Made by a program: the position numbers and the translations under genes. A DNA stretch of 64,000 nt from contig CP084167.1 of assembly GCA_021513715.1 (NCBI GenBank), positions 2,656,001 to 2,720,000 on the forward strand, in the 5' to 3' direction. Positions 39,338 through 49,808 of this stretch are shown piece by piece. The notes under the pieces were generated by a model. That model ran no database searches, was not told where the DNA came from, and was given only the letters and a program-made list of their open reading frames with translations. The DNA comes from Candidatus Heimdallarchaeum endolithica (GTDB lineage Archaea > Asgardarchaeota > Heimdallarchaeia > Heimdallarchaeales > Heimdallarchaeaceae). Each line of letters starts with the position of its first letter. The first letter of the stretch is position 1.

Positions 39338-39664
39338 TTAGCTTTCAGGAATAGAACGGGGAATTGATGGGTCATCAGCTTCATGATATATTTTACCTTC
39401 CCTACCAAGGGAGATCTGCTTCTTTCCTAAATATTCCTTACACCAACCATTAACAATACTAACTACTTGTCCAACCTTATAATCCTCTCCTGCTTTAGGA
39501 CCCCAAAGAGTTAAAACAGTTGAACCAGTTTGATCAACCAGTAATAAATCCCAAGCATAAAGCCATCTCCCTCGGGAGTTAATTTTTCGTGGGCCTTGTT
39601 TAGAAATTATTCTGGCTTTTATTTCGTCAAAATTGCTATTTGCTTTTAGTTCATTTATTTTCAT
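39338..39664 (-). CDS. Single OB-fold ssDNA-binding protein
   Basis: MKINELK..LVDQTGS..LTLW..VGQVVSI.NGW..EYLG..QISLGREG. Start moved to ATG 39664. Confidence 0.85.
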   Translation of the reverse strand: MKINELKANSNFDEIKARIISKQGPRKINSRGRWLYAWDLLLVDQTGSTVLTLWGPKAGEDYKVGQVVSIVNGWCKEYLGKKQISLGREGKIYHEADDPSIPRSIPES

Positions 39665-39757
39665 AAATTTTATTTTAAATTGATACACATAAACTTTTTT
39701 GTACATTCTTCTTTGTTTTTAAAAAAGTAAAAATAATAGAAATAAAAAAAGGAGGGA

Positions 39758-40432
39758 CTATTTTCCTGCTTCAGCTAAAGCTATCTGGATTGCTTTTTCT
39801 ATATCTTCATCTACTCGCAATCCTTTATTTCTATCTTGAGGGGAAACAACATTTATGATGGCAATGTCAGCTCCATTGAAGTAAGCTTCTTTTACTTTGT
39901 CTACTACTAAACCCCCTGCAACTGAAATAAGTGTGTCAAATTTTGATCTTATTTTAGTTATATCTTTATATCTAATGATACTTCTTGGATTGTCTTCTTC
40001 ATCTCGTCCTTTATGAATAACTACAGCATGGGGTTTAAAACGTAAAGGCATCATTTTGCGTAGAGGATTAGTTACTCCTAACATATCAATAACAGCGTAG
40101 AGTCCATTCTCACTACAAAATTTGCAGAACAAGTTTAAAGTATCTATTGGCGCAGAACCTAATACAGTTACTGCATTCGCTCCTGCTCTAGCAGCTATCA
40201 TTGTTTCACTAAATGCTCCATCTGTAAGTTTTAAATCAGCTAAAACTAATCCTTTCCAATGTCTACGAATGTAGTTGACTCCTCTCATCCCCTCGAGTTT
40301 GATAAAAGGGGTTCCAGCTTCTATTATTATTCTTGAATCATTAGGTATTCTAGGAAGAATAGCTCTAACTTGAGATAAATCACCGTTAAAAGCTATCTGA
40401 ATATACCTACGATGCAAATCCAAGTTTATCAT
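39758..40432 (-). CDS. 3-hexulose-6-phosphate synthase/OMP decarboxylase (HUMPS) family protein
   Basis: IEAGTP, ADLKLTDG, AGANAVTV, H.G.DE, VAGG, GADI. Confidence 0.8.
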   Translation of the reverse strand: MINLDLHRRYIQIAFNGDLSQVRAILPRIPNDSRIIIEAGTPFIKLEGMRGVNYIRRHWKGLVLADLKLTDGAFSETMIAARAGANAVTVLGSAPIDTLNLFCKFCSENGLYAVIDMLGVTNPLRKMMPLRFKPHAVVIHKGRDEEDNPRSIIRYKDITKIRSKFDTLISVAGGLVVDKVKEAYFNGADIAIINVVSPQDRNKGLRVDEDIEKAIQIALAEAGK

Positions 40433-40436
40433 ATTC

Positions 40437-41225
40437 TTACTCCTTTGATTTATTCACGTTATGAATGATTTCAGTTATTTCTTCAGTTAATCCTCCTGGC
40501 ATAAAAATAACCACTTTCTCGCTAGGATCTTGAGCTATATCTCTTATGGTTTGCAATGTTCTAAGTTGTAGACCACCTTTTGTTTTTGTTAAAATTGTAG
40601 CTGCTTCAGAGAGTTTCTGTGCTGCGATAAATTCACCTTCAGCTTTAATAATAACTGCACGTTTATCTCTTTCTGCTTCTGCTTGGATAGCAAAAGCTCT
40701 TTTCATTTCAGCTGGAAGTTCAATCTCTTGCATTTTGATAGCTTCAATATCCACGCCCCATTCGCTTGTTTCTTTATCTACAATTTTCTTGATATCTGCA
40801 GCAATTTGATCTCTCTCCGTTAACACTTGGTCTAACTCCATTGTGCCTATAGTATCTCTTAATGCAGCTTGAGTATATTGTTGTACTGCATAACGATAAT
40901 TAGCTATTTTTATCACTGCATCTTCAGGTCTCTCTACTTTGAAATAGACTACAGCATTAGTCAAAACAGGAATGTTGTCTTTTGTCATAACTTCTTGTCG
41001 AGGAATATCTTGGGTAATTATTCTCAAATCAACCTTTACTCCCTTCTCTAATATGGGAGTGACATATACAAGTCCTGGACCTATAGTTCGTACATATTTT
41101 CCAAGTCTGAAAACTACTATCCTCTCATATTCATAGGCTAATTTCAAACCAGAAAGGAAAAATAAGCCAATAATTGCCAATCCTATTCCAATGAAAACAA
41201 ATATTTCTACTTCCATTTCTATCAA
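40437..41225 (-). CDS. SPFH/stomatin-like protein
   Basis: EYER.VVFRLG, TKDN, WGV, QAEAER, LQLRTLQT. Confidence 0.93.
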   Translation of the reverse strand: MIEMEVEIFVFIGIGLAIIGLFFLSGLKLAYEYERIVVFRLGKYVRTIGPGLVYVTPILEKGVKVDLRIITQDIPRQEVMTKDNIPVLTNAVVYFKVERPEDAVIKIANYRYAVQQYTQAALRDTIGTMELDQVLTERDQIAADIKKIVDKETSEWGVDIEAIKMQEIELPAEMKRAFAIQAEAERDKRAVIIKAEGEFIAAQKLSEAATILTKTKGGLQLRTLQTIRDIAQDPSEKVVIFMPGGLTEEITEIIHNVNKSKE

Positions 41226-41506
41226 CTCTTTTTTTTAATCCTTTATTCTTTTTCACAATTTTAAATATATCCAAATGAAAAGCTAATTTTATTCTGTTTC
41301 TAAATTAGCTAATATTTAGTAAAATCAAGTTTTCACCCATAGAAAATTAAAATTCGTTAATTTGCAAATACTTTTAAATGAGAACAGTTTTACGTAGTTT
41401 GAAGTTTTAAAATAATTCCTTATTTGTTTCAAAATAATGCAATTGTTTTAAACGCTATGAAACACTAACTACGATACAATGCGATGTTAGATAAAACCAG
41501 TATACG

Positions 41507-42799
41507 GTGATAAAAATAGAATTCAACGAATTACCATTGACACATGAAACCTCATTAGCAATAGAAAAAATGGGTTTCACAACATTAACAGATATTCAAG
41601 AACAAGCTATTCCTCTGATACTTGAAAGAGATGATACACATGTTTTAGCTCAAGCAAAAACAGGAACTGGAAAAACACTTTCTTTTGCAATTCCTTTGGT
41701 AGAAAAACTTTACCCAAAGAAAAAAATTGTTCAAGCAGTAATAATTGTTCCAACAAGAGAGCTATGTAAGCAAGTTCACTCAGTTATAAGAGATGTATCA
41801 AGATATAGACGCTTTAAAACAGTGGAAGTCTATGGAGGAGTATCTATAAATAGACAAATAGAAAAAATAGAATCTGGAGCTCAAATTGTTATAGCTACAC
41901 CAGGAAGATTAATAGATCTTTATTACAGAGAAGCAATAAATCTAGACAATGTAAGGTTTGCTGTTTTGGATGAAGCAGATAAAATGCTAGATATGGGTTT
42001 TTTCCCAGATATAGAGTTTATCTTGTTTGAAGCAATGAAGAATGCTAGACCGCATTTGATGCTGTTTTCAGCAACAATTATTGATACTATAAGAGAAATC
42101 GCTTTTGATTTCACTATCGGTCAAAAACTATTAGAAATTGACGTATCTCATGACTCATTAACAGTTGAAAGTTGTGAGCAGTATTACTATAAAGTAAATG
42201 ATCAAAGACACAAATATTCTACATTCAAACAGATTCTAAAAAAAGAGAACCCTAAATTTAGTATAATCTTTGTAAATACTAAAAGAATGGCAAATATATT
42301 AACAAAAAGACTCAGAAGTGAGAGAGATTTATCTTTAAGAGTAGATATGCTACATGGGGATATGACCCAAAAACAAAGAGAAATTGTTACTAATCGTTTT
42401 AGAAAAAAACAATTAAATTGTTTGATTGCAACAAATGTGGCAGCAAGAGGATTAGATTTCCCCCACATTACTCATATATTCAATTATGATATACCTGACA
42501 CAGTAGAAAGCTATGTTCATAGAGTAGGAAGAACATCAAGGATGGGGTCGTCAGGAACAGCTATTTCTTTAGTAGTTGATGATGGTAAACAATTAAGTCA
42601 GTTATATGCAATTGAGCAATTTATCGATTTAGAAATAAAAAGAAAGCATATAAAATTTTCAAAAACAGAAAATTCGGGTTCTGAAAATAAAGGAAAAAGG
42701 TATAATAATAATTCCAGTAATAGACAAAAGAATAAAGGATCTAAAAAATCTAAATCTCCCTACTATAAGAAAGTCTATTCACAAATTGAACGAAACTAA
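41507..42799 (+). CDS. DEAD-box RNA helicase
   Basis: AKTGTGKT, PTREL, TPGR, DEAD, SAT, ARGLD, HRVGRTSR. Confidence 0.95.
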   Translation: MIKIEFNELPLTHETSLAIEKMGFTTLTDIQEQAIPLILERDDTHVLAQAKTGTGKTLSFAIPLVEKLYPKKKIVQAVIIVPTRELCKQVHSVIRDVSRYRRFKTVEVYGGVSINRQIEKIESGAQIVIATPGRLIDLYYREAINLDNVRFAVLDEADKMLDMGFFPDIEFILFEAMKNARPHLMLFSATIIDTIREIAFDFTIGQKLLEIDVSHDSLTVESCEQYYYKVNDQRHKYSTFKQILKKENPKFSIIFVNTKRMANILTKRLRSERDLSLRVDMLHGDMTQKQREIVTNRFRKKQLNCLIATNVAARGLDFPHITHIFNYDIPDTVESYVHRVGRTSRMGSSGTAISLVVDDGKQLSQLYAIEQFIDLEIKRKHIKFSKTENSGSENKGKRYNNNSSNRQKNKGSKKSKSPYYKKVYSQIERN

Positions 42800-42849
42800 T
42801 ATTCTACTTTTTCTATTATTTTTTTTAATTTATGTCTTCTAAAAAAACA

Positions 42850-43677
42850 TTAATAATTTTCTTTTTTCAATTGAGTTGATAAAGTTGTTAAATCTCTCTT
42901 GAATTTTTGGTATTTTTTTTCTTTTTTTTCTTCATCGGACACAAGAGAAAGGATTTTTTGTAGATTCATTCTGTGTATCTTTTTCTCAGAATAAGTAAAT
43001 TTGAAGATATCTACATCTCCTAGTTTTAAGGAATATAAATAATCAAGATTACTCTTTACTAAACTCTTATCTTTTAGTACTTTATCGTGACCTGTAATAA
43101 TCAACTTACAGTCAAAAGAGAGATATTTTTCTAATGTATTAATATAAGTTTCAATGTCTAGATTGTTAATATAAGGGAAAGGTTCTTCAACATTGTCTCC
43201 AACAAATAAAATCTTATCTTGAGCATCAAAACATGAAGCTGATTCTATTGTGTGTCCTGGGCTACTAAAAAAAATTATTTGGTCTTCTGGGAAAAATAAT
43301 TTTGAATGAAATAGAAGATTTGGTTTAACTAATGAAACTTTTCCTTTCTGGTAGTTTTTATATTTAACTAATTCATCTTGTGCTTTTTTCCTAAATACGT
43401 GTTCAAAATTTTCCTGAGCAATTATGATTTTGTTAGAAAAAAAGCAGTTTCCCCAGATATGGTCATAATCTGCGTGAGAATTAAAAATAATAATATTTGT
43501 AGGAAGAAACTTTTTTTGTTCTTTTAAGTACTTAATAACGCTCTTCATGGATTCTGGACCCAAAAAAGTATCACAAATGAATGTATGTTTTTCTCCTATA
43601 ATAGCAAAAACATTTGTTTTATATGGTTCAAAAAAGGTGAATAAAATTCCCCTTTTCCCTATTTGTTGAATTTCCAT
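42850..43677 (-). CDS. MBL-fold metallo-hydrolase
   Basis: SHADYDHIWGN, PGHT, GD, GH. Confidence 0.88.
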   Translation of the reverse strand: MEIQQIGKRGILFTFFEPYKTNVFAIIGEKHTFICDTFLGPESMKSVIKYLKEQKKFLPTNIIIFNSHADYDHIWGNCFFSNKIIIAQENFEHVFRKKAQDELVKYKNYQKGKVSLVKPNLLFHSKLFFPEDQIIFFSSPGHTIESASCFDAQDKILFVGDNVEEPFPYINNLDIETYINTLEKYLSFDCKLIITGHDKVLKDKSLVKSNLDYLYSLKLGDVDIFKFTYSEKKIHRMNLQKILSLVSDEEKKEKKYQKFKRDLTTLSTQLKKENY

Positions 43678-43890
43678 TATTTTTAATACAAATTATCACT
43701 CTCTTTAATTTTTTTCTTTTTTGAATCAAAGAGAAAATATCATCAAAGAAATATTAGGAGGTGTATTATAGATTTTATTTTACTTTTTTTTGATTTATTT
43801 ACGTTTACTGTTGGTTTCAAATGTGTTATATGAAATTTTGCATAAACAAAAATAGTTATAAGATATTCTGTGATATCGCCTATGACATAA

Positions 43891-44187
43891 ATGATAGAAC
43901 GAATGCGCTTTTATGCCCAAGCATTAATATCTGCTTTAGAAAATAATCAGACTCCTACAATTTGTTTAAATGAATTTGTTAGTTCAGTAAGAGATGCATG
44001 GATAAAGTTTGAACAAGGCCAAATAACTGTTGAAATAAGTCAACTTCCAAGAGCTATGTACATGTTTGTTGTGGAAGAGTTACCACAAGTGGTTGAAAAT
44101 CCTTTAGAAAAAGAAAAAATAATTAGAGAGTTAAAACTCTTTTTGAATACTATTGATCTTATCCTCCAGCCTAAAGAAACTAATTAA
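43891..44187 (+). CDS. Hypothetical protein
   Basis: 98 aa helical ORF. Confidence 0.6.
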   Translation: MIERMRFYAQALISALENNQTPTICLNEFVSSVRDAWIKFEQGQITVEISQLPRAMYMFVVEELPQVVENPLEKEKIIRELKLFLNTIDLILQPKETN

Positions 44188-44322
44188 GGTATTTTCAACG
44201 ATTTTCGCTAAATTTTTAGAATCTTTATTTTCGTTTTTAAAAAATAAAAAAAATGATTGTTATTTTCTTAAAACTATGTTTTAAGTTAATTCTTATTCGA
44301 TAATAAAAAAGATTATTAGTTA

Positions 44323-44490
44323 TTAATAACGATTATATCTTCTATTATTTTGTCTATGTTTTCTATAACAATCTTGACAATAGACGGGTCTTTCACCATC
44401 TGGTTTGAAAGGTACCTGTGCTTTTTTTCCACAGTCATCGCAAACGATGTCAAACATTTCACGATTGTCTATATAATTTTCTCTACTCAA
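44323..44490 (-). CDS. CxxC-x17-CxxC domain small protein (55 aa; absent from the ORF track)
   Basis: Manual translation from TTG 44490 behind a GGTGA RBS: MSRENYIDNREMFDIVCDDCGKKAQVPFKPDGERPVYCQDCYRKHRQNNRRYNRY. Confidence 0.9.
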   Translation of the reverse strand: MSRENYIDNREMFDIVCDDCGKKAQVPFKPDGERPVYCQDCYRKHRQNNRRYNRY

Positions 44491-44970
44491 TATATTTCAC
44501 CGATTATTGATTAGTTATACTTGAAAGCTCACTAGGATTCAAAAAATAGTTGAAACTTATTTAATGGATTCTAAAATTGAACTACAAATATACTAAGTAA
44601 ATGAAATATATCGAGTATTTAAATTCTAGGTTTGAACTCAAGAAATAATTGTTAGATTTTAAATTATTAATTAAGTTAGATTTCAATTTAAAAATACTCA
44701 CACTATTGGTGCTAGCTGTTTATTCTTTTGCTTTGGAACTTCATAAATTTGGATTTTTTGATTTTTCAAATAGCTGTAAGTTTTCATAAAAAAATAGAAT
44801 TTGGTTCTGTTATTGTTCTTGAACAGCTGAATAATTATTCTAAATTTCTCGTGTTTTTTGTGAAAAAAACAAATATTATAAAAAAACAACTTTTTCTACA
44901 ATTTTCTTTTTTTTTCAAAATCTATTTAAGTGAAAATACCTTCTTTCTTTTAGTACCATCGGTGAGTATA

Positions 44971-45215
44971 GTGGATAATCCTGATTCTTCAATTATAATT
45001 GATAAGATTAAAGAAGAAATAAATAATTACGAATCTTCGAGAGCTAGAGGAAAAAAACTTGTTTTTGAGAAATCTACTTCTGAGCTTTTAAATGGTTTAG
45101 AACAGTTTCTAGATGATTTTTTGACAAATATTCTAAAACAGAAGAAGTAGAAGAAATTGACAAATTTGTTGAACACCTCTATTCTTCATTAGGGTGGAAA
45201 AGAAATGATTACTAA
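44971..45215 (+). CDS. Small acidic helical protein (~81 aa after adding one T at 45117-45122; 59 aa as sequenced), first gene of the SMC-PIN operon
   Basis: GTG start behind GGTGAG RBS, TATTTAAG upstream. Corrected frame ..LEQFLDDFFDKYSKTEEVEEIDKFVEHLYSSLGWKRNDY overlaps the ATPase start codon. Confidence 0.6.
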
Positions 45216-47031
45216 TGTAAGTGTAAAAAATTGGAAAAAATTTGATCAGCAAAAGGAATGGTCTTTTGATAAAGGAATCCAGCTTATTTATGGGCCAAAT
45301 ACAAGTGGAAAATCTTCACTTCTTGAAGCTATTTATTTTGCCTTTTTCGGAGTAGATGAGAAAGTTGATGGAAATCCAACTTATAATTCAAATGAGGCTG
45401 CTATCGTGACAGTAGATTTCATTTCAAATACTGGTGAAAAATATAGAATAATCAGAAGTTATAAAAAAATAAAAAGAAAAGAAGAATCTTTTACACTTTA
45501 CAAATTGGTAGATGGAAATGAAGAATTTTTCTCTGATAATCCTCAAGATGCGATAAAAATATATGGAAACTTTGAAGATATCTTTACACATATAATTTTC
45601 CTGAAAGAGGGCGAAATATATCGAGCTCTATCAAGAATGAAAAGCAATTTAGATGAAGAATTAGCATATTTGTTAAACTTGCAACGATTTGATGTTCTTC
45701 GTGATAAATTAAGAGAAACAAGACTTAAAGTTATTAAAAAAGAAAAAGAAAATGTAAAAAAAGACCCGACTTTTCTATCTGAAAAAGAAATAAATGAACT
45801 TAACGATAAATTGAATGATTTAAATGAAGTTAAAAAGAAGCTAGAAGAAGAAAAATCGAAGTTTATAGACAATAGGCAAACAGCGCAGAAAAAATATTCA
45901 TTAACTAAAAAACTGAGAGATCTTGATTCTCAAAAACAAAAATATGGTGAAACAATAAAGACTATTAGAAACAAGTATGAAAATAAAGAATCTTTAATTG
46001 AGTTTTTGGATAATGAGATTGAATCATTAGAAAATAAATATAGACAGCTAGAACTAGAGTATAGTAAACTAAGTAGTGAAAAGGCAGAAAAAGAAGGAGA
46101 AAAGAGAAGACTAAATAAGCTTATTATTGAAATCAAGTCTTTTAAGTCCTCTGGAACTACTACATGTCCTACTTGTTATCAAAAAGTTGACCCCTTAATT
46201 CTTCAAGAAGCTATGGAAAGTTTTAGCAAGAAAGTTACAAAGTTAGAAAATGCTTTGTCCCAACTTAATTATTCTATTGATACGGTTAATGAAGAAAAAA
46301 GAAATATCTCTCAAAAAATAAAGGAAATTAAAGAAGACTTATTTGAGCTCAAAAATGCAAAAGCAAGAATAAGTGATGTCCAAGAAGAAATGAATGAAAT
46401 AAGTGAAAATCTTAACTCTCTCCCCCATACTGAGGATATTCAATATTATTCAAAACAAATACAAGAACTAGAACAAAAAATAAGTGAAACTAATGTAGAA
46501 ATAGGAACAATAGAGAAAAAATTAAGTTCAAGTAAGCAAGAAGGGGTTTTTATTGATGAACTAGAGTTTCAGGAAAAATTCATAGAACTTGTTGAAAATA
46601 AAATAGCAGAGTATAAAGATGAGTTGTTAGAAAGAAAATTGGATGAAATTAAAAGTGTGATAAAAGAAAAATGGTCAGAAATATGGGATAAAGAAATATG
46701 GTCTATTGAATTTGACGAAAATTTAATTCCTACAATTAGCTTTAAGTTTAAAGGAACAACTATTCAACAGAATTTACGCAGTTTTTCAGCAAGCGAAAAA
46801 ATACTCCTGAGTGTCATTTTACGAGCTGCACTAATTGATAAATTCTTAAGCGTGAAAACGATGATTCTTGATGATCCCTCAATCTTTCTTGATCAAGAGA
46901 GTGTTAAAATTGCTGCTAGATTCTACCGTGAACTAATAGATAAAAAAAGTGTTGAACAGATAATTATGACTACATTTGATGAATCATTCAAAGAGTTGTT
47001 AAAACCCGAAAAAGTGATAAATCTTGAATGA
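45205..47031 (+). CDS. Short Rad50/SbcC/SMC-like coiled-coil ATPase with zinc hook
   Basis: Walker A GPNTSGKSS, central CPTC hook between coiled coils, signature FSASE, Walker B/D-loop ILDDP..FLD. Confidence 0.9.
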   Translation: MITNVSVKNWKKFDQQKEWSFDKGIQLIYGPNTSGKSSLLEAIYFAFFGVDEKVDGNPTYNSNEAAIVTVDFISNTGEKYRIIRSYKKIKRKEESFTLYKLVDGNEEFFSDNPQDAIKIYGNFEDIFTHIIFLKEGEIYRALSRMKSNLDEELAYLLNLQRFDVLRDKLRETRLKVIKKEKENVKKDPTFLSEKEINELNDKLNDLNEVKKKLEEEKSKFIDNRQTAQKKYSLTKKLRDLDSQKQKYGETIKTIRNKYENKESLIEFLDNEIESLENKYRQLELEYSKLSSEKAEKEGEKRRLNKLIIEIKSFKSSGTTTCPTCYQKVDPLILQEAMESFSKKVTKLENALSQLNYSIDTVNEEKRNISQKIKEIKEDLFELKNAKARISDVQEEMNEISENLNSLPHTEDIQYYSKQIQELEQKISETNVEIGTIEKKLSSSKQEGVFIDELEFQEKFIELVENKIAEYKDELLERKLDEIKSVIKEKWSEIWDKEIWSIEFDENLIPTISFKFKGTTIQQNLRSFSASEKILLSVILRAALIDKFLSVKTMILDDPSIFLDQESVKIAARFYRELIDKKSVEQIIMTTFDESFKELLKPEKVINLE

Positions 47032-48627
47032 AACTAAATTTTTGTTTGTTTTTGATACTTCTTTTTTTTGTCTCTCTTAAATGTTAATCGCCATCAATTG
47101 ATACAAGATATCAAAGAAGTATTTGACTTTGTTCCAAACATTGAATATATTGCTCCAAAAATAATTCTAAAAGAGCTTTCGGGAAAATATAAAGACAAGT
47201 GTCCTTTTCTAGAGCAACATATTCAATTTACAGATGTAAAAATTACAGAAGAAGAGATAAAAGAACTTAAATCATTAAATTACTCTTTAGCGAATCATGC
47301 GTTTGAGAGAGATGAAAAGGGTGATTACCTCATAATTAAATCAGCACAAAAGCATAACAACTCAGAAGTAGTCACATTCATTGTAAGTAATGATGAAGGT
47401 ATTCATTTGTTTCTCAATCAAGCTATTCCAGAAGAGAAAATAAAGCCAATCTGGGTTGCAAGATTTTTATCTTTTTTAGCTAAACAATCTCCAACTAAAC
47501 CTCAAAAACAAAGGTTTATTCGAGCTTCTGAAATGCTAGAAGAGTATATTGAAACTTATCGTATAAAGGCTAAGCGAGGAGAAACACCTTTTTATGATAT
47601 GGAAAAGATACTCATGTCAGCTAAATTTTTACCAGCTGAAGAGCAAGTTGTTCAGTTGCAAGAATCTCTAGAGAATCAAATAATCACAGGAGAAAAAAAT
47701 AAAACTCTTCCTTCATTTATTAATCAAATAGGTTCAAAACTACATCAAATTTTTACATATATTGATTTAGGTGAAACAAATGTTATCGAAGCTCAACTCG
47801 AGTCTGTAGAAAATATAATCAAAAATCTAAATTTCGAGCAACAAGAGACAATTTACAAAATTATTAGTTTTTATATGATTGCTATTCTAAATCGATTAGC
47901 TTCATTATATGACCAAAATGGAGCTTTTTCTGGTATTGTTTCCGCATTGGAAAGAGCAAAATACTATTTGAAATATGTAGAAGAATTTGAGGATAAGAGT
48001 CAACTCTACGCAATTTTAAGTTGGATACATTTATTAAATAATTCAGTTGATTTGTCTCAATATTACTTCTCAAAAGTAACAGATAAGAACTTTGAACTAG
48101 CAAGAAAGTTAATTGCATTATTAGAGCTTTATGGCACTCCACTAGCAAAAATTAATTTAGAATTGTATGAATTACTTCCATCTGAAATTTGGAAGGATCT
48201 CAATGAAACGCTTGCTATATGCCCAAATAAGTTATTACGAGATAAAATAGCTCATATAGTTAATACCTTTGAAATAAAGCCCTCTTTTGTTTTCGATGCA
48301 AGACATTTTAGTCTGAAAAATGTAAGTGTGAAAGAAAACTATTTACTTTCTTTTCTAAAAGAGCAGTTTAGAATACTAAATATAAGAAAAAAAGAGAGTT
48401 CAATAGTGATTGAGTGTTATAACAGTAAAATTGGTCAAATTGAACTCCGTTTACCAGTTATGACAAAAATGCTTAAAGCATCACATGGTGATTTAATTAG
48501 TTTTCAAGGTGGAATAGTAGCAAAAATCAACAAACCTGGCCCAGGAAAAAAACATTCTGCAACAATATATTTCAGTAAATTAGAAGAAAAGGATCATAGT
48601 GTCTCAAAGGATAGTAAGTTAATTTAA
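47024..48627 (+). CDS. PIN-domain nuclease + helical repeat + beta-rich C-terminal domain (needs one extra T at 47062-47069)
   Basis: TTG 47024 overlaps the ATPase stop and gives MNETKFLFVFDTSFF, joining the ORF at 47068 (LSLLNV..). PIN acidic motifs DTS, KEL, GDYLII, VSNDEG. Homologous to 63039-63644. Confidence 0.75.
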
Positions 48628-48742
48628 TATTTTTCCAATCACTTAATTTATGTAATGCAAAAAAATATCCAGACATAGAAAACAGCACTCGGATTTGCAA
48701 TTATTTAAAGTATGTTTATATAGTCTCTTTAAATGAACACGT

Positions 48743-49093
48743 GTGGACAATATTGTAACTGGGCTGTATGTTGGTAAAAAAGACCCCGTTTTTACTGAAA
48801 CAAGTTCCTTTCAACCTAAAAATGTTGTAATCATTAGAGTAAAAATAGTTGATTCTAGTGGAAATGCTGTTGAAGGTGCATCAGTAACCATAACAATTAC
48901 TAACCCTAATGGAGATATAGTGACTCTAACCTCAACAACTGACAATCAAGGAATAGCAGAGTTTTCTTATAGGTTAAATCCAAAAACTCCACTAGGAATT
49001 TACACTATTAATGTGACAGATGTGAGTCTAACTGGGTATACTTATGATCCAAATGCTAATGTAGTTTCAACACTTGATTTTAATGTAAATTAA
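48743..49093 (+). CDS. Ig-like beta-sandwich domain, probably a fragment of a larger surface protein
   Basis: VDSSGNAVEGASVTITITNPNG..TTDNQGIAEF..GIYTINVT; no signal peptide. Confidence 0.6.
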   Translation: MDNIVTGLYVGKKDPVFTETSSFQPKNVVIIRVKIVDSSGNAVEGASVTITITNPNGDIVTLTSTTDNQGIAEFSYRLNPKTPLGIYTINVTDVSLTGYTYDPNANVVSTLDFNVN

Positions 49094-49808
49094 AATATAC
49101 AACCCTTTATTTTTTTCTTTCTTTTTAAAATGATAGAGCAAAATATTTAGATTACAAAATTAAAGAAATTTTATGGTTTCAATTACATTTTATGGTGCAA
49201 TCAATGAAATAGGAGGAAATAAAATACTTCTAGAAGGAGAAGAAACTAGAGTTTTTTTGGATTTTGGCTTGTGTTTTAATCGATATGGTAATTATTTTTC
49301 TCCTTATATTACTCCGCGTCAAGGACTAAAATTAAAGGATTTTATTGAGTTGAGCCTTTTACCTGATCTCGAGGGTTTATATTGACAAGATTTTGAACAG
49401 CGCTTTCGAGAGAGTGCTAAAGAGCCATTGTTCGATGGAATCGTTCTCTCACATTCACACATTGATCATGCAGGATTTATTCCATTTATACGTTCTGATA
49501 TACCTTTCTATGCTTCTGAAGGTTCATTGGCTATATTGAAGGCAATGGAACAAACTAGTTACGGATTCTACGAATTTTTAGAACTTAAAGAGAAATTCAA
49601 AATAAGAGAAAGTAAAAGAGAGAAAGGTAAATATATACGAGATAGAGATTCAAGTATTCGAAGAGAAATAGTTTCTTTAAAATCAGATTTTAAAATAGGT
49701 GAGTTTAGTTTTCATTTCTTCCCCATAGACCATTCAATTGTTGGAGCAACGGCTTATGTTATTGAAACTCAAGAAGGCTCAATAGTTTATACTGGAGATA
49801 TACGTTTT

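Noticed and set aside
39688-39708. AACTTTTTTGTACA resembling a tnpB element end upstream of the SSB gene (similar at ~9175)
   Set aside because: No CATG/GATG at the right spacing and no partner end; likely chance in AT-rich DNA.
44728-44970. N-terminal 81 codons of the 140 aa ORF
   Set aside because: Low-complexity AT-rich sequence; the RBS and TATA-like box point to GTG 44971 as the start.
45205-47031. Calling the ATPase the housekeeping rad50
   Set aside because: Too short, atypical motifs, and no mre11/herA/nurA next to it.
49383-49385. In-frame TGA in the beta-CASP hydrolase as selenocysteine or recoding
   Set aside because: The context GLY*QD fits an Arg CGA-to-TGA change, it is not a Cys position, and the gene is already broken by an insertion.
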